NCBI GenBank assembly: GCA_963796055.1
Contig: CAWCKH010000003.1
Span: 576,001 to 640,000 of the forward strand
Length of the DNA: 64,000 nucleotides
Origin: an uncultured delta proteobacterium
GTDB taxonomy: Bacteria; Myxococcota; Myxococcia; Myxococcales; Myxococcaceae
Direction: 5' to 3'
Both the position numbers and the translations under genes were made by a program. Below the pieces are notes generated by a model that did no database searches, was not told where the DNA came from, and worked only from the letters and a program-made list of their open reading frames with translations. Below, piece by piece: positions 17,929 through 28,563 of this stretch; within the stretch, counting starts at the first letter, position 1, and the number at the start of each line of letters is the position of its first letter.

Positions 17929-18929
17929 GCGGGCTGGACGCCGGCATCGCCCGCGCGCGCGGGCTTTCGACGCACCTCCTCGCGCCGGCGGCGCTGGACG
18001 AGCTGCGCACGGCGCAGGATCTGCAAACGGTCGCGGAGCGACTGCGCACCGGGCCCGACCCGGTCGTCCTCACCGGCCCCGGCGTGCCCACACCCGAGGC
18101 GCTGGAGGCCGCCATCCGTCGCCGGGCCGGCGCGCGGCTGGCGGCGCTCGCGCGGTGGTGCGTGGACGTGCCGGACGTGCTCACGGTGCTGCTGGGCGAG
18201 GAGGACCGGCGCGATCTCCGCCTGCTGCTCCACGGCGTGGTCGAGGGCGCCGCGCCGGCCGATCGCCTCCGGGGCACGCTGCCCACGCCCACCCTGCCCA
18301 CGGGGGCGCTGGCCACCCTGGCCGCGCAGACCACCGTGCGCGCCATGGCCGCTCTGCTCGCCGCCTGGCGCCACCCGGACGCTGCCGCGCTCGCCAGCAT
18401 CAAGGCCCCGGGCCCCCCGGATCTCCTCGCCCTGGACGCCGCCCTCACCCGCTCCTGGGCGGCGCGCGCCGCCAGCGCCGCGGCCCGGGTGGACGCCGAG
18501 CTCCGCCGCTACGTCGCAGCCACCATTGATCTGGAAAATGCGCTCACCGCGGTGATGCTGGCCGGGAGCACCGGCGACCGCCCCGAGCTCGAGCCCGTCC
18601 CCGGAGGCGCGCGTTTCCCCGTGCGGGCGTGGAAGGCCATCGCCAGTGCGGGCTCGGTGGCGGCGGCGCTGGTGCTGGCCCGGCAGGGCTTCGCCCGGTC
18701 TCCGTTCGAGCGCGCCTTCTCCGGGGCGGGCGGCGCGGCGCTGGCGAGAGATCGAGCCTGGGCGGCGGCGCTGGACATCGCGCGGGCCCGGGCGCGCACC
18801 GCGCCGCTGAGCTCGGCGCCGCTCATCGCCTACGTGCTCGGGGTGCGCGACGAGGTCCAAGAGCTGCAGCGGCTGGTCTGGGGCGTGGCGCTCGGGGCGC
18901 CGGCGGCGGCGAGGCGAGGGCGCCGATGA
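17925..18929 (+). CDS. V/A-type ATPase subunit C (d)
   Basis: ARARGL..HLL, IDLENA, LIAYVL..RDEVQEL; operon position. Confidence 0.8.
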   Translation: MSGLDAGIARARGLSTHLLAPAALDELRTAQDLQTVAERLRTGPDPVVLTGPGVPTPEALEAAIRRRAGARLAALARWCVDVPDVLTVLLGEEDRRDLRLLLHGVVEGAAPADRLRGTLPTPTLPTGALATLAAQTTVRAMAALLAAWRHPDAAALASIKAPGPPDLLALDAALTRSWAARAASAAARVDAELRRYVAATIDLENALTAVMLAGSTGDRPELEPVPGGARFPVRAWKAIASAGSVAAALVLARQGFARSPFERAFSGAGGAALARDRAWAAALDIARARARTAPLSSAPLIAYVLGVRDEVQELQRLVWGVALGAPAAARRGRR

Positions 18930-19255
18930 GCGACCTCCGCGTGGCCCTCCTCTGCCGGCCGGAGGTGGCGCCTGCGTTCGCCCTGGCCGGGTTCCGGCCG
19001 CTGGTCGTTCCGGACGCCGAGGACGCGGCACGGCGGCTGACCACCCTGCTCTCCGACCCCCGCATCGGCCTGGTGCTCATCGAGGCGCCGCTCCACGACG
19101 GTCTGGACGCCGACCTCCAGCGGCGCCTCTCCGCCCGGCCGGTGCCGCTGGTGGTGCCAGTCCCCGCCCCGAGCTGGGCCGAGCACGCCGCCGCGGACCA
19201 GGTCATCGTCGAGCTGCTCCGGCGGGCCATCGGCTACCAGGTGCGGCTGCGATGA
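18926..19255 (+). CDS. V/A-type ATPase subunit F
   Basis: FALAGF, PLVVPVP, LLRRAIGY. Confidence 0.88.
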   Translation: MSDLRVALLCRPEVAPAFALAGFRPLVVPDAEDAARRLTTLLSDPRIGLVLIEAPLHDGLDADLQRRLSARPVPLVVPVPAPSWAEHAAADQVIVELLRRAIGYQVRLR

Positions 19256-21000
19256 GCCCCATGCGCGTCCAGAGGATCAACGGCTCGCTGGTCGAGGCTG
19301 CGCCGGCCTCAGGGGTCGCGCTGTACGAGCTCGCCCACGTGGGCGAGGCAAAGCTGCTCGCCGAGGTCATCGGCCTGTCGGGCGACGTCGCCATCCTCCA
19401 GGTGTACGAGGACACCAACGGGCTCTCGGTGGGAGAGCCGGTGCAGGCGACCGGAGGGACGCTGCAGGCGGAGCTCGGGCCGGGACTCCTGGGCTCCATC
19501 CTCGACGGCCTCGGACGCCCGCTCGACGTGCTCGCCGCCGAGACCGGGCCCTTCGTGCCGCCCGGCCGGGAGCTGCGGATGCTGGATGCGGCGCGGAGCT
19601 GGCGGTTCGTCCCTTCGCTCGAGGTCGGAGCCCGCGTGGGCGGTGGGGACGTGCTCGGCTCGGTGGAGGAGCGTCCCGGCTTCGCCCACCGCATCCTCGT
19701 GCCACCCGGGGTGGAGGGGACGCTGGCCTCGCTCGCCGGCGGCAACCTCACCGTGGATCAGCCCGTGGGGACGCTGGAGGACGGCACCGCGCTCCGGCTC
19801 TCGCACCGCTGGCCCGTACGTCGCCCTCGGCCAGTGGCCGGGCGGTTGCCACTGGGTCGGCCCTTCCTGACCGGCCAGCGCATCCTGGATTTGCTCTTCC
19901 CCGTGGCCGAGGGCGGGACGGTGGCGGTGCCCGGCGGGTTCGGCACCGGGAAGACGGTCATCGAGCAGTCACTGGCCAAGCACGGCGACGCCGACGTGGT
20001 GGTCTACATCGGCTGCGGCGAGCGGGGGAACGAGATGGCCGAGGTGCTCTCGGAGTTCCCGCGCCTGGCCGACCCGCGTACCGGCCGGTCGATCATGGAC
20101 CGCACGGTGATGGTGGTGAACACCTCGAACATGCCGGTCGCCGCGCGCGAGGCCTCGGTGTACCTGGGCATCACCATCGCCGAGTACTTCCGCGACCTCG
20201 GCCTCCGGGTCGCGCTGATGGCGGACAGCCTCTCGCGCTGGGCCGAGGCGCTGCGGGAGATCGGCGCTCGGCTGCAAGAAATGCCCGGCGAGGAGGGCTA
20301 CCCCACCTACCTCGCCAGCCGCCTGGCCAAGTTCTACGAGCGCGCCGGCCGTGCGAAGGCCGTGGGCCGTCCGGAGCGCGAGGGCGTGCTGACCCTCATC
20401 AGCGCGGTGTCCCCTCCCGGTGGAGACCTCTCCGAGCCAGTGAGCCAGGCCACCCTCCGGGTCGCGGGGACGCTCTGGGCGCTCGACGCCGAGCTGGCAC
20501 ACCAGCGGCAGTTCCCCGCGGTGGACTGGGCCACGAGCTACAGCCTGCACGCGGACCAGACCACGCCCTGGTTCGCCGAGTCGGTGGACGCCCGCTGGTC
20601 GGCGGTGCGCGCCCGCACGCTCGAGCTGCTCCAGCGCGACCGGGAGCTCCGGGAGATCGCCGGGCTCATCGGCCCCGAGGCGCTCCAGGACGCGGACCGC
20701 CTGGTGCTCTCCGTGGCCCAGCTGCTCCGGGAGGTGGTGCTCGGGCAGAGCGCGTACCATCCCCACGACGCGCGCTCCTCGCCGGAGAAGACGTTCCACC
20801 TCGCGTCGCTGGCGTGCGGCGTGGCGGACCGGGTGGCCGCACGGCTGCAGGCCGGCACGGCGCTGTCGGAGCTCGACCTGGGCCCGCTCCGCCGTGCCCT
20901 GGTGGCCTTGCGCGACGGGGCGCCCGACGAGCTGGCGGCCCGGACGGCGGCGGCGACGGCGGAGCTGGATCGGCTCTCGGGAGCGGAGGCGTCGCGATGA
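19252..21000 (+). CDS. V/A-type ATPase catalytic subunit A
   Basis: PGGFGTGKT, GCGERGNEM, NTSNMPVAAREAS, MPGEEGYPTYL. Confidence 0.97.
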   Translation: MSPMRVQRINGSLVEAAPASGVALYELAHVGEAKLLAEVIGLSGDVAILQVYEDTNGLSVGEPVQATGGTLQAELGPGLLGSILDGLGRPLDVLAAETGPFVPPGRELRMLDAARSWRFVPSLEVGARVGGGDVLGSVEERPGFAHRILVPPGVEGTLASLAGGNLTVDQPVGTLEDGTALRLSHRWPVRRPRPVAGRLPLGRPFLTGQRILDLLFPVAEGGTVAVPGGFGTGKTVIEQSLAKHGDADVVVYIGCGERGNEMAEVLSEFPRLADPRTGRSIMDRTVMVVNTSNMPVAAREASVYLGITIAEYFRDLGLRVALMADSLSRWAEALREIGARLQEMPGEEGYPTYLASRLAKFYERAGRAKAVGRPEREGVLTLISAVSPPGGDLSEPVSQATLRVAGTLWALDAELAHQRQFPAVDWATSYSLHADQTTPWFAESVDARWSAVRARTLELLQRDRELREIAGLIGPEALQDADRLVLSVAQLLREVVLGQSAYHPHDARSSPEKTFHLASLACGVADRVAARLQAGTALSELDLGPLRRALVALRDGAPDELAARTAAATAELDRLSGAEASR

Positions 21001-22379
21001 GCGCCCTTCCCCGCAGCGTGGCGGGCGCCACCGGGATCCGCGGACCGCTGGTCTTCGTGGAGCACGTGCGCCGGGTGGCGCTCGGGGAGCAGGTGGAGAT
21101 CTCCCTCGAGGGCCGACGCTGGCAGGCGCAGGTCATCGACGCGGGCGAGCGGCACACGGTGCTCCAGCTGCTCGAGGAGGGGCTGGGGCTGGTGCCCGGG
21201 CGCGTCCGGCTCGCGTTCATGGGCGACGTCGCGAAGGCGGTGGTGGGGCGCGAGCTCCTCGGACGCGTCTTCAGCGGGCTCGGCGCGCCCCTGGACGGAC
21301 TGCCTCCGCCGGTGGGCGAGGCGCTCCGCCCCCTGAACGGCGCTCCGCTCAACCCGGCGGCGCGGCTGCCCCCCAAGGAGCTGATCGAGACCGGCGTCTC
21401 CGCCATCGACGGGATGAACACGCTGGTCCGCGGCCAGAAGCTGCCAATCTTCTCGGGCCCGGGCCTGCCGGCGCTGGAGCTCGCGGCGCGCATCGTGGAA
21501 TGGGCCCGCGCGCCCAAGGGCGAGCCTTTCGCGGTGGTGTTCGTGGGCGTCGGCATCACCGCCCGCGAGGCCGGCGAGTTCCTCGAGCGGTTCGAGACCA
21601 GCGGGGCGCTCGAGCGCAGTGTGGTGTTCCTCAACGAGGCCCGCGACCCGACCATCGAGCGGCTGCTCGCTCCACGGGTGGCGCTGGCCGAGGCCGAGTA
21701 CCTGGCCTACGAGCACGGGCTCCACGTGCTGGTGGTGATGGCCGACGTGACCAGCTACTGCGAGGCGCTGCGCGAGCTGGCCACCGCGCGGCAGGAGATC
21801 CCCGGACGGCGCGGCTACCCCGGCTACATGTACACCGACCTGGCCTCGCTCTTCGAGCGGGCGGGGCTGGTCCGCGGACGGACCGGCTCGGTGACGCAGC
21901 TCCCGGTGCTCACCATGCCCGACGACGACCTGACCCACCCCATCCCCGACCTGACCGGGTACATCACCGAGGGCCAGGTGGTCCTCGGGCGCGATCTGCA
22001 TCGCCGCGGCGTCTTCCCGCCCATCGACGTGCTGCCCTCGCTCTCCCGGCTGATGAACGCCGGGATCGGGGAGGGCCGGAGCGCGCCCGAGCACCGCGAG
22101 TGGGCGGACCAGCTGTACGCGCTGTACGCCCGGGGTACCGAGGCGCGGCTGATGGCCACCATCGTCGGCGAGAGCGGGCTACTCCCCGCGGACCGCCGGG
22201 CGCTGGTCTTCGTCGACCGGTTCGAGCACACGCTGGTGGGACAGGGGCGCGCGCGCCGGACGCTGACCGAGACGCTGGAGGCGGGCTGGTCGCTGATGGA
22301 GGGGTTCCCCCGGGAGGACCTGCTGCGGATCCGCGAGGCGACGTGGGAGCGCCGCTTCGGGAAGGGAGCGGGACGGTGA
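20997..22379 (+). CDS. V/A-type ATPase subunit B
   Basis: GQKLPIFSG, PGRRGYPGYMYTDL, THPIPDLTGYITEGQ, PSLSRLM. Confidence 0.97.
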   Translation: MSALPRSVAGATGIRGPLVFVEHVRRVALGEQVEISLEGRRWQAQVIDAGERHTVLQLLEEGLGLVPGRVRLAFMGDVAKAVVGRELLGRVFSGLGAPLDGLPPPVGEALRPLNGAPLNPAARLPPKELIETGVSAIDGMNTLVRGQKLPIFSGPGLPALELAARIVEWARAPKGEPFAVVFVGVGITAREAGEFLERFETSGALERSVVFLNEARDPTIERLLAPRVALAEAEYLAYEHGLHVLVVMADVTSYCEALRELATARQEIPGRRGYPGYMYTDLASLFERAGLVRGRTGSVTQLPVLTMPDDDLTHPIPDLTGYITEGQVVLGRDLHRRGVFPPIDVLPSLSRLMNAGIGEGRSAPEHREWADQLYALYARGTEARLMATIVGESGLLPADRRALVFVDRFEHTLVGQGRARRTLTETLEAGWSLMEGFPREDLLRIREATWERRFGKGAGR

Positions 22380-23002
22380 GCGAGGCGCGGCTGCCGGCGA
22401 CCCGCCTCGGGCTGCTCCGGGCCCAGCGGCGGCTGGTGCGGCTGGAGCGGGGGACGTCGTTGCTCCGCAGGAAGCGCGAGGCGCTGGTGGCGGAGCTGTT
22501 CTCCCTGGCGCGTTCGGCGCTGGACACCCGCGAGCAGATCGACGCCCAGGCCCGCGCCGCCTGGCCGGTGTACCTGGACGCGCTGGCCGCCGAGGGCGCC
22601 GGGGCGCTGACCGGCCTCGCCTGGCCCTCGCGCGAGCTCGCGGTGCGGGTCACGGCCCGGGTGGTGTGGGGGGTACCGGTGGCGGACCTCGAGGCCGCCG
22701 GGCCCATCGTTCGCACCCTCGCCGCCCGGGGGCTACCTCCGGGGCCCGTCCCGGCAGCGGTGGAGGCGGCGGAGGCCTTCGAGCGCCTGACGGACCTGCT
22801 CGTCCGTGCCGCGCCACGCGAGATGCTCCTCCGTCGCCTCGGCGAGGCGCTCGCCCAGACGACGCGTCAGGTGAACCGGCTGGAGCGCCGGGTGGCCCCG
22901 GGCCTCCGGCGACAGGCGGCCCGCGTCCGCTCGGCGCTGGACGAGCGGGAGCGCGAGGAGCACGTGCGGCTGGGGCTCCTCGCACGCCGCGCGCCTGGCT
23001 GA
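22376..23002 (+). CDS. V/A-type ATPase subunit D
   Basis: ATRLGLL, LLRRKREAL, TTRQVNRLE, LDEREREE. Confidence 0.92.
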   Translation: MSEARLPATRLGLLRAQRRLVRLERGTSLLRRKREALVAELFSLARSALDTREQIDAQARAAWPVYLDALAAEGAGALTGLAWPSRELAVRVTARVVWGVPVADLEAAGPIVRTLAARGLPPGPVPAAVEAAEAFERLTDLLVRAAPREMLLRRLGEALAQTTRQVNRLERRVAPGLRRQAARVRSALDEREREEHVRLGLLARRAPG

Positions 23003-23079
23003 GGCATTGCACCGGGGAGTCGGGGCGAGGTTTGCTCCCCGGCCGTGAGCCCCCGGAATCCCGACGCGGTCTACGCCCG

Positions 23080-24228
<1,149 letters not shown>

Positions 24229-24246
24229 GGCTGCGCCGTGCTGGAC

Positions 24247-24654
24247 TCAGCGGGTCCCGAGCTGCTCCAGCGCACGGCGGAGGCGTACGTCCGCCTCCTC
24301 GGCGATGGGCATGATCTCCTTGCGCTGGATGACGCCGAGCATCGCCTCGGGCTTGACCACCTGGACCACCGCACCCTGGGGGCTCTCCGAGACCACCACG
24401 TTGCACGGCAGGAGCAGGCCCACCCCGGGTTCAATGGAGAGCGCCCGGTGCGCGAGCTGGGGGTTGCACGCTCCGAGGATGATGTAGCGCTGGAAGTCCA
24501 CGCCCAGCTTCTGCTTCAGCGTCTCCTTCACGTCGATGGTGGTGAGCACGCCGAAGCCTTCCTTCTTCAGGGCCTCGGTGACCCGGGCGACCGCCTCCTC
24601 GTACCCGACTCCCGCGAGGGTGCGCGTGTATCCGTAGCTGATCTCGGTTCCCAT
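24247..24654 (-). CDS. DUF302 domain protein
   Basis: EGFGVLTTIDV..TLKQKL, YIILGACNP, GLLLPCNVVV. Confidence 0.9.
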   Translation of the reverse strand: MGTEISYGYTRTLAGVGYEEAVARVTEALKKEGFGVLTTIDVKETLKQKLGVDFQRYIILGACNPQLAHRALSIEPGVGLLLPCNVVVSESPQGAVVQVVKPEAMLGVIQRKEIMPIAEEADVRLRRALEQLGTR

Positions 24655-24664
24655 TCGCTCACTC

Positions 24665-26632
24665 CTAGAGCCCGAAAGGGTACGTCTCGGGAAGGCCCGG
24701 CTCCAGCGGCCCTCCCCCGAGCGGCTGCAGGGCGGACGTCCGGTCGAACCAGATCCACTCGTCGAACTGGCGCGGCAGGCTGGCCCGGAAGTAGTGGCTC
24801 TGCAGCTCGGTCTCCGGGCGGTAGATGACGCCGATGGCCCGCTCCAGCCTGGGGGCGGTCAGCTCGTCGCGCAGCACCTCGCGCCTGGGATGGCGGAGCG
24901 AGAGCAGGAACCCCGGAGTCTGTGTCCGGTGGCAGAGCGCCTCGTAACTCCGGGGGTCCGCCGGACGCACCCGCTTCACCTCGTGGGGTTCACCCCAGTT
25001 GGTCGCGGCCACCACCGTGCCGTGGTCGGTCCCGAAGCCCACCAGCCGGATGTCCGGGCCGAAACGCTCGCGGCACAGCTGCCCGAGCGTGTGCTCGCCC
25101 ATGGCACCCATCTCGGTGGCGGTGGCGTCCCCCACGTGCGAGTTGTGGGCCCAGACCACCACCCGCGCCTCCGGACCGAGAAAGGCGAGGAGCGCGCCGA
25201 GCGTGTCCGCCATGTGCCGGTCGCGCAGGTTCCAGGACGCCACGTTCCCCCGGTACATCGCCCGGTAGTAGGCCTCGGCGTCCGCCACCACCCGCGCGTT
25301 CTCCGAGGCGTCGAAGAAGCGCTCACCGTCGCGCGCCTCGTAGTCGAGGCGCCGGCCCAGCAGATCCACCAGCACCTGCACCACCTCGGCCTCGCAGCTC
25401 TCGAAGCGTCCGCTGACCACTGCCCGTCCGTAGGCGGCGGGGTCCGCCTGCCAGGGGGTGAGCATCCCGTACCGCGCCCGGGCCACCGCCGCGGCCCCGC
25501 GGTCCACCTGCTCCAGGTACTGCAGCACGGCATCGGCCGAGGTGAAGAGACTGTAGAGGTCCAGCCCGTAGAACCCGGCGCGACGCTGGGGCTCCACCCG
25601 GGTGTTGTGCACCCGTAGCCACTCGGCGAAGAGCCTCACCTCCTCGTTGCGCCACATCCAGGTGGGGAAGCGCGAGAACGGCTTCCATGGCGCCGAGGAG
25701 GGCGGGAGATGGCGGACGTAGCGGTCCACCCGGGCGGCGTCGGGCCAGTCGCCCTCGACGGCCACCGCGCGGAATCCGTTCCGCTCGATCAGCGCCCGGC
25801 TGATCCTGGCGCGCATCCGGTAGAACTCATGGGTGCCATGGGTGGCCTCTCCGAGCAGCACCACCCGGGCAGAGCCGATGCGCTCCAGCAGCGCGTCGAG
25901 CTCGGCCGACTCGACGTCCTCCATCGGCTGGGCGCACTCGTGCAGGAGCGCCACCACCGCGGACTCCGAGGCGCGCGGCGTCGGAGCCCAGCCATGCTCC
26001 CCGACGAGCGGAACGAAGCGCACGTCGCCAAGCTCCTCGCGCCTGAGCACGCCGTCGCTCGTCCGCCGGATGCGGACCAGGGTCTGCTCCTCGGCGTGCC
26101 CGATCGGCATCACCAGGGCTCCGCCCGGGGCGAGCTGCTCGACGAGGGCCGGCGGGACGGACGGTCCGCCCGCGGCGACCAGGATGGCATCGTATGGGGC
26201 ATGCTCCGGCCAGCCGCGGGTGCCGTCTGCGTGGAGCACGTGCACGTTGTGGTAGCCGAGCTCCGCAAGCAGCTTCCGGGCGCCCTCGGCCAGCACCCCG
26301 TGACGCTCCACCGAGTACACCTCGGCGGCCACGCGCGAGGCCACCGCGGCCGCATACCCCGAGCCAGTGCCCACCTCGAGCACCCGCTGCCCCGGCTTCA
26401 CTCCGGCGGCCTCCGTCATCCAGGCGACGACGTAGGGCTGGGAGATGGTCTGCCCCTCGGCGATGGGGAGGGGGATGTCCTGGTAGGCGAACTCGGCCAG
26501 CCCCTCGGGGAGGAACCGGTGCCGGGGCACCTCGCCGAAGGCCCGGAGGATGTCCGCATCCGCGATGCCGCGCGCAGCGAGCGTCCGCACCAGGCGCTCG
26601 CGGATGAGATCGAAGCTGCTCACGGCCGTCAC
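24665..26632 (-). CDS. pcm: Protein-L-isoaspartate O-methyltransferase fused to an erythromycin-esterase-like domain
   Basis: GQTISQP, LEVGTGSGY, PYDAILV, VRFVPL followed by LLGEATHGTHEFY, WAHNSH, ERAIGVIY. Confidence 0.9.
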   Translation of the reverse strand: MTAVSSFDLIRERLVRTLAARGIADADILRAFGEVPRHRFLPEGLAEFAYQDIPLPIAEGQTISQPYVVAWMTEAAGVKPGQRVLEVGTGSGYAAAVASRVAAEVYSVERHGVLAEGARKLLAELGYHNVHVLHADGTRGWPEHAPYDAILVAAGGPSVPPALVEQLAPGGALVMPIGHAEEQTLVRIRRTSDGVLRREELGDVRFVPLVGEHGWAPTPRASESAVVALLHECAQPMEDVESAELDALLERIGSARVVLLGEATHGTHEFYRMRARISRALIERNGFRAVAVEGDWPDAARVDRYVRHLPPSSAPWKPFSRFPTWMWRNEEVRLFAEWLRVHNTRVEPQRRAGFYGLDLYSLFTSADAVLQYLEQVDRGAAAVARARYGMLTPWQADPAAYGRAVVSGRFESCEAEVVQVLVDLLGRRLDYEARDGERFFDASENARVVADAEAYYRAMYRGNVASWNLRDRHMADTLGALLAFLGPEARVVVWAHNSHVGDATATEMGAMGEHTLGQLCRERFGPDIRLVGFGTDHGTVVAATNWGEPHEVKRVRPADPRSYEALCHRTQTPGFLLSLRHPRREVLRDELTAPRLERAIGVIYRPETELQSHYFRASLPRQFDEWIWFDRTSALQPLGGGPLEPGLPETYPFGL

Positions 26633-27021
26633 CGGAACAGGCTGCGCAGGCCCCGGAAGATCAGCCAGGCGCCCAGGCCGGCACCGGCGAAGAGGGCGAA
26701 GAGACGCCGCGCGTCCGCCGACGGGTCGGGGATGCTGCGGAACTCGGCCGAGCCGCCGCGAACGCTGATGAATCCCACCGGCTGAACCTGCGCGCCTCCG
26801 CCGCCGCCCTCTCCGCTCTCGACGCCGGGGTCCGGATGGGTGCCACCGCCACCGCCGAAGCCGTAGACCACGCGCGCCACCGGAATGACGGTGACGCCGT
26901 CACGCTCGACCGGTTGCCCGTAGACCGTCTGCGCCTGGACCGAGCTGCCGACGGTTCCGGCCAGTCGCTCCAGCCAGCCAACCGACCCAGTCACCGAGTG
27001 AATCTGCTCGACGGAGCCCAT
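26629..27021 (-). CDS. GerW/YtfJ-family protein
   Basis: TVYGQPVERDGVTVIPVA..YGFGGGGG..GGGGGA.VQPVG; RBS GGAGG; C-terminal TM. Confidence 0.85.
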   Translation of the reverse strand: MGSVEQIHSVTGSVGWLERLAGTVGSSVQAQTVYGQPVERDGVTVIPVARVVYGFGGGGGTHPDPGVESGEGGGGGAQVQPVGFISVRGGSAEFRSIPDPSADARRLFALFAGAGLGAWLIFRGLRSLFR

Positions 27022-27057
27022 GAGGCACCTCCGTGCTCGTGCACCACCCGAGAGGTG

Positions 27058-27073
27058 TGCAAGAGCAGGGCCG
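27058..27073 (-). promoter_or_regulatory. Candidate sigma54 -24/-12 promoter for gerW-pcm-DUF302
   Basis: Minus strand CGGCCCTGCTCTTGCA = GG-N10-GC with TTGCA, about 37 nt before the ATG. Confidence 0.45.
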
Positions 27074-27174
27074 CTGCGGCCCCCAGAGTGCGGGACCCGC
27101 CTCGGGTGCGCACCATCTGCGTGGGCCCGGGGCCGGCCTCGCCGCCACGGCCCGGGAGCGGTACAAGACGCCCC

Positions 27175-28089
27175 ATGAATGCCGACGACGCCACTCGCAT
27201 CACCCAGATCGCGCTCATGGCCGCAATGGCCGACGGGGAGATCTCCCCCGACGAGCAGCGTCAGCTCGCCTCGGTCGCCACCCGTCTCGGGGTCCCCGCC
27301 GCGACCACCGCGCTCGAGCAGCCGCAGGCTGCCCGCCAGGGCATCGGCGTGCTCGCGGCCTCGCTCTCGGACGCCGAGGCCCGACGGACCGCATACGAGG
27401 TCGCCCTCGCCGTCTGCAGCGTGGACGGAGCGCCCAACTCCCCGGAGCAGACCTTCCTCAGCGCGCTGCACGGAGCGCTCGGGCTCGCGCCGGCAGCGAC
27501 CCACGAGTTCGAGGACGAGCTCCGCCGGCTCGCCGCCGCGCCATTGGCCGGGACGCTCCCATCGGTCAGTGCCACCACCGACGCCACGCTGGACGAGCGC
27601 ATCCTCCAGCAGGCGATGCTCACCGGTGCGCTGGAGCTGCTCCCTGACCGTCTGGCAAATCTGGCGATCCTCCCGCTGCAGCTGCGGCTGGTCTACGAGG
27701 TGGGACAGCGCTACGGGCAGCAGCTCGACGCCGACCAGGTGAAGGACCTGGCCGGCACCTTCGGGCTCGGCGCGGCGGCGCAGGTCGTCGAGGGCATCGT
27801 GCGCAAGGTACTGGGCGGCGTCGCCTCGGGCATCCTCGGCGGACTCGTCGGGGGCGCCACCGGGGTGGCAGCCGGCGCGGCGGTCACCTTCGCCGCCACC
27901 TACGCGCTCGGCCACGCGGCAAAGCAGTACTACGCGCAGGGCCGGAAGCTCTCCGCGGACGACCTGCGCGCGCTCTTCACCCGCTTCCAGGGCGAGGCAC
28001 AGGCGCTGCTCCCGCAAGTGCAGGGACAGATCCAGTCGCTGGCAACACAAGTCAGGTTGCCGGACGTGCTCGCGCAGCTCCGCGGCTGA
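27175..28089 (+). CDS. TerB-like domain fused to DUF697/YcjF-like membrane domain
   Basis: AAMADGEISPDE and VCSVDGAPNSPEQTFL (TerB-like); LPLQLRLVYEVG..YG, ATYALG. Confidence 0.72.
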   Translation: MNADDATRITQIALMAAMADGEISPDEQRQLASVATRLGVPAATTALEQPQAARQGIGVLAASLSDAEARRTAYEVALAVCSVDGAPNSPEQTFLSALHGALGLAPAATHEFEDELRRLAAAPLAGTLPSVSATTDATLDERILQQAMLTGALELLPDRLANLAILPLQLRLVYEVGQRYGQQLDADQVKDLAGTFGLGAAAQVVEGIVRKVLGGVASGILGGLVGGATGVAAGAAVTFAATYALGHAAKQYYAQGRKLSADDLRALFTRFQGEAQALLPQVQGQIQSLATQVRLPDVLAQLRG

Positions 28090-28120
28090 GCATGGTCGGT
28101 GCGGGGGCTGAGCATGGTCG
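28084..28120. repeat. 15-bp direct repeat GGCTGAGCATGGTCG (28084-28098, 28106-28120)
   Basis: Two identical copies read directly; the first contains the TerB-like gene stop codon. Confidence 0.85.
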
Positions 28121-28146
28121 CTGGCGCGCTCCTGCGCGCTCGTCTC

Positions 28147-28563
28147 TCAGCGGCCTGCCGGACCGCCGGCCGGAGCGCGCTCGCTCACCGAGGTGAGGAA
28201 CGCCACCAGCGCCCAGCGGTCGTCGGCGCTCAAGACATTGGCCCAGGCCGGCATCGCCGAGCCCGGCACTCCGTTGGTGATGGCCTGAAACGCCCGGGAC
28301 GCGCTCTCGGGCCTGCTCCAGACCGGATCGGTGAAGTTCGCCGGCTTGCGGTCCAGGCCCATGCTCCGTGCGCCGCGCCCATCGGCGTTCTCCCCGTGAC
28401 ACAGGGCACAGTCGTCCCGGTAGAGCTGCTCTCCCCTCGCCCGCACCGCCGCGGAGCGAAGCCGCTCGTACGGGACGCTGGCCGCCTTGTCGTCCTCAGC
28501 GCACCTCGACAGGCATGCCCAGGACGCGGCGCAGGCCATCGTCAGCGCCCACCAGGGTTTCAT
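28147..28563 (-). CDS. Exported monoheme cytochrome c
   Basis: CALCH plus distal Met in GSAMPAW; signal peptide; RBS GAGGA. Confidence 0.9.
   Translation of the reverse strand: MKPWWALTMACAASWACLSRCAEDDKAASVPYERLRSAAVRARGEQLYRDDCALCHGENADGRGARSMGLDRKPANFTDPVWSRPESASRAFQAITNGVPGSAMPAWANVLSADDRWALVAFLTSVSERAPAGGPAGR

Noticed and set aside
24665..25980. Macrolide resistance gene (ere)
   Set aside because: Pcm-fused esterase-like domains are widespread chromosomal homologues; no mobile context or evidence of resistance
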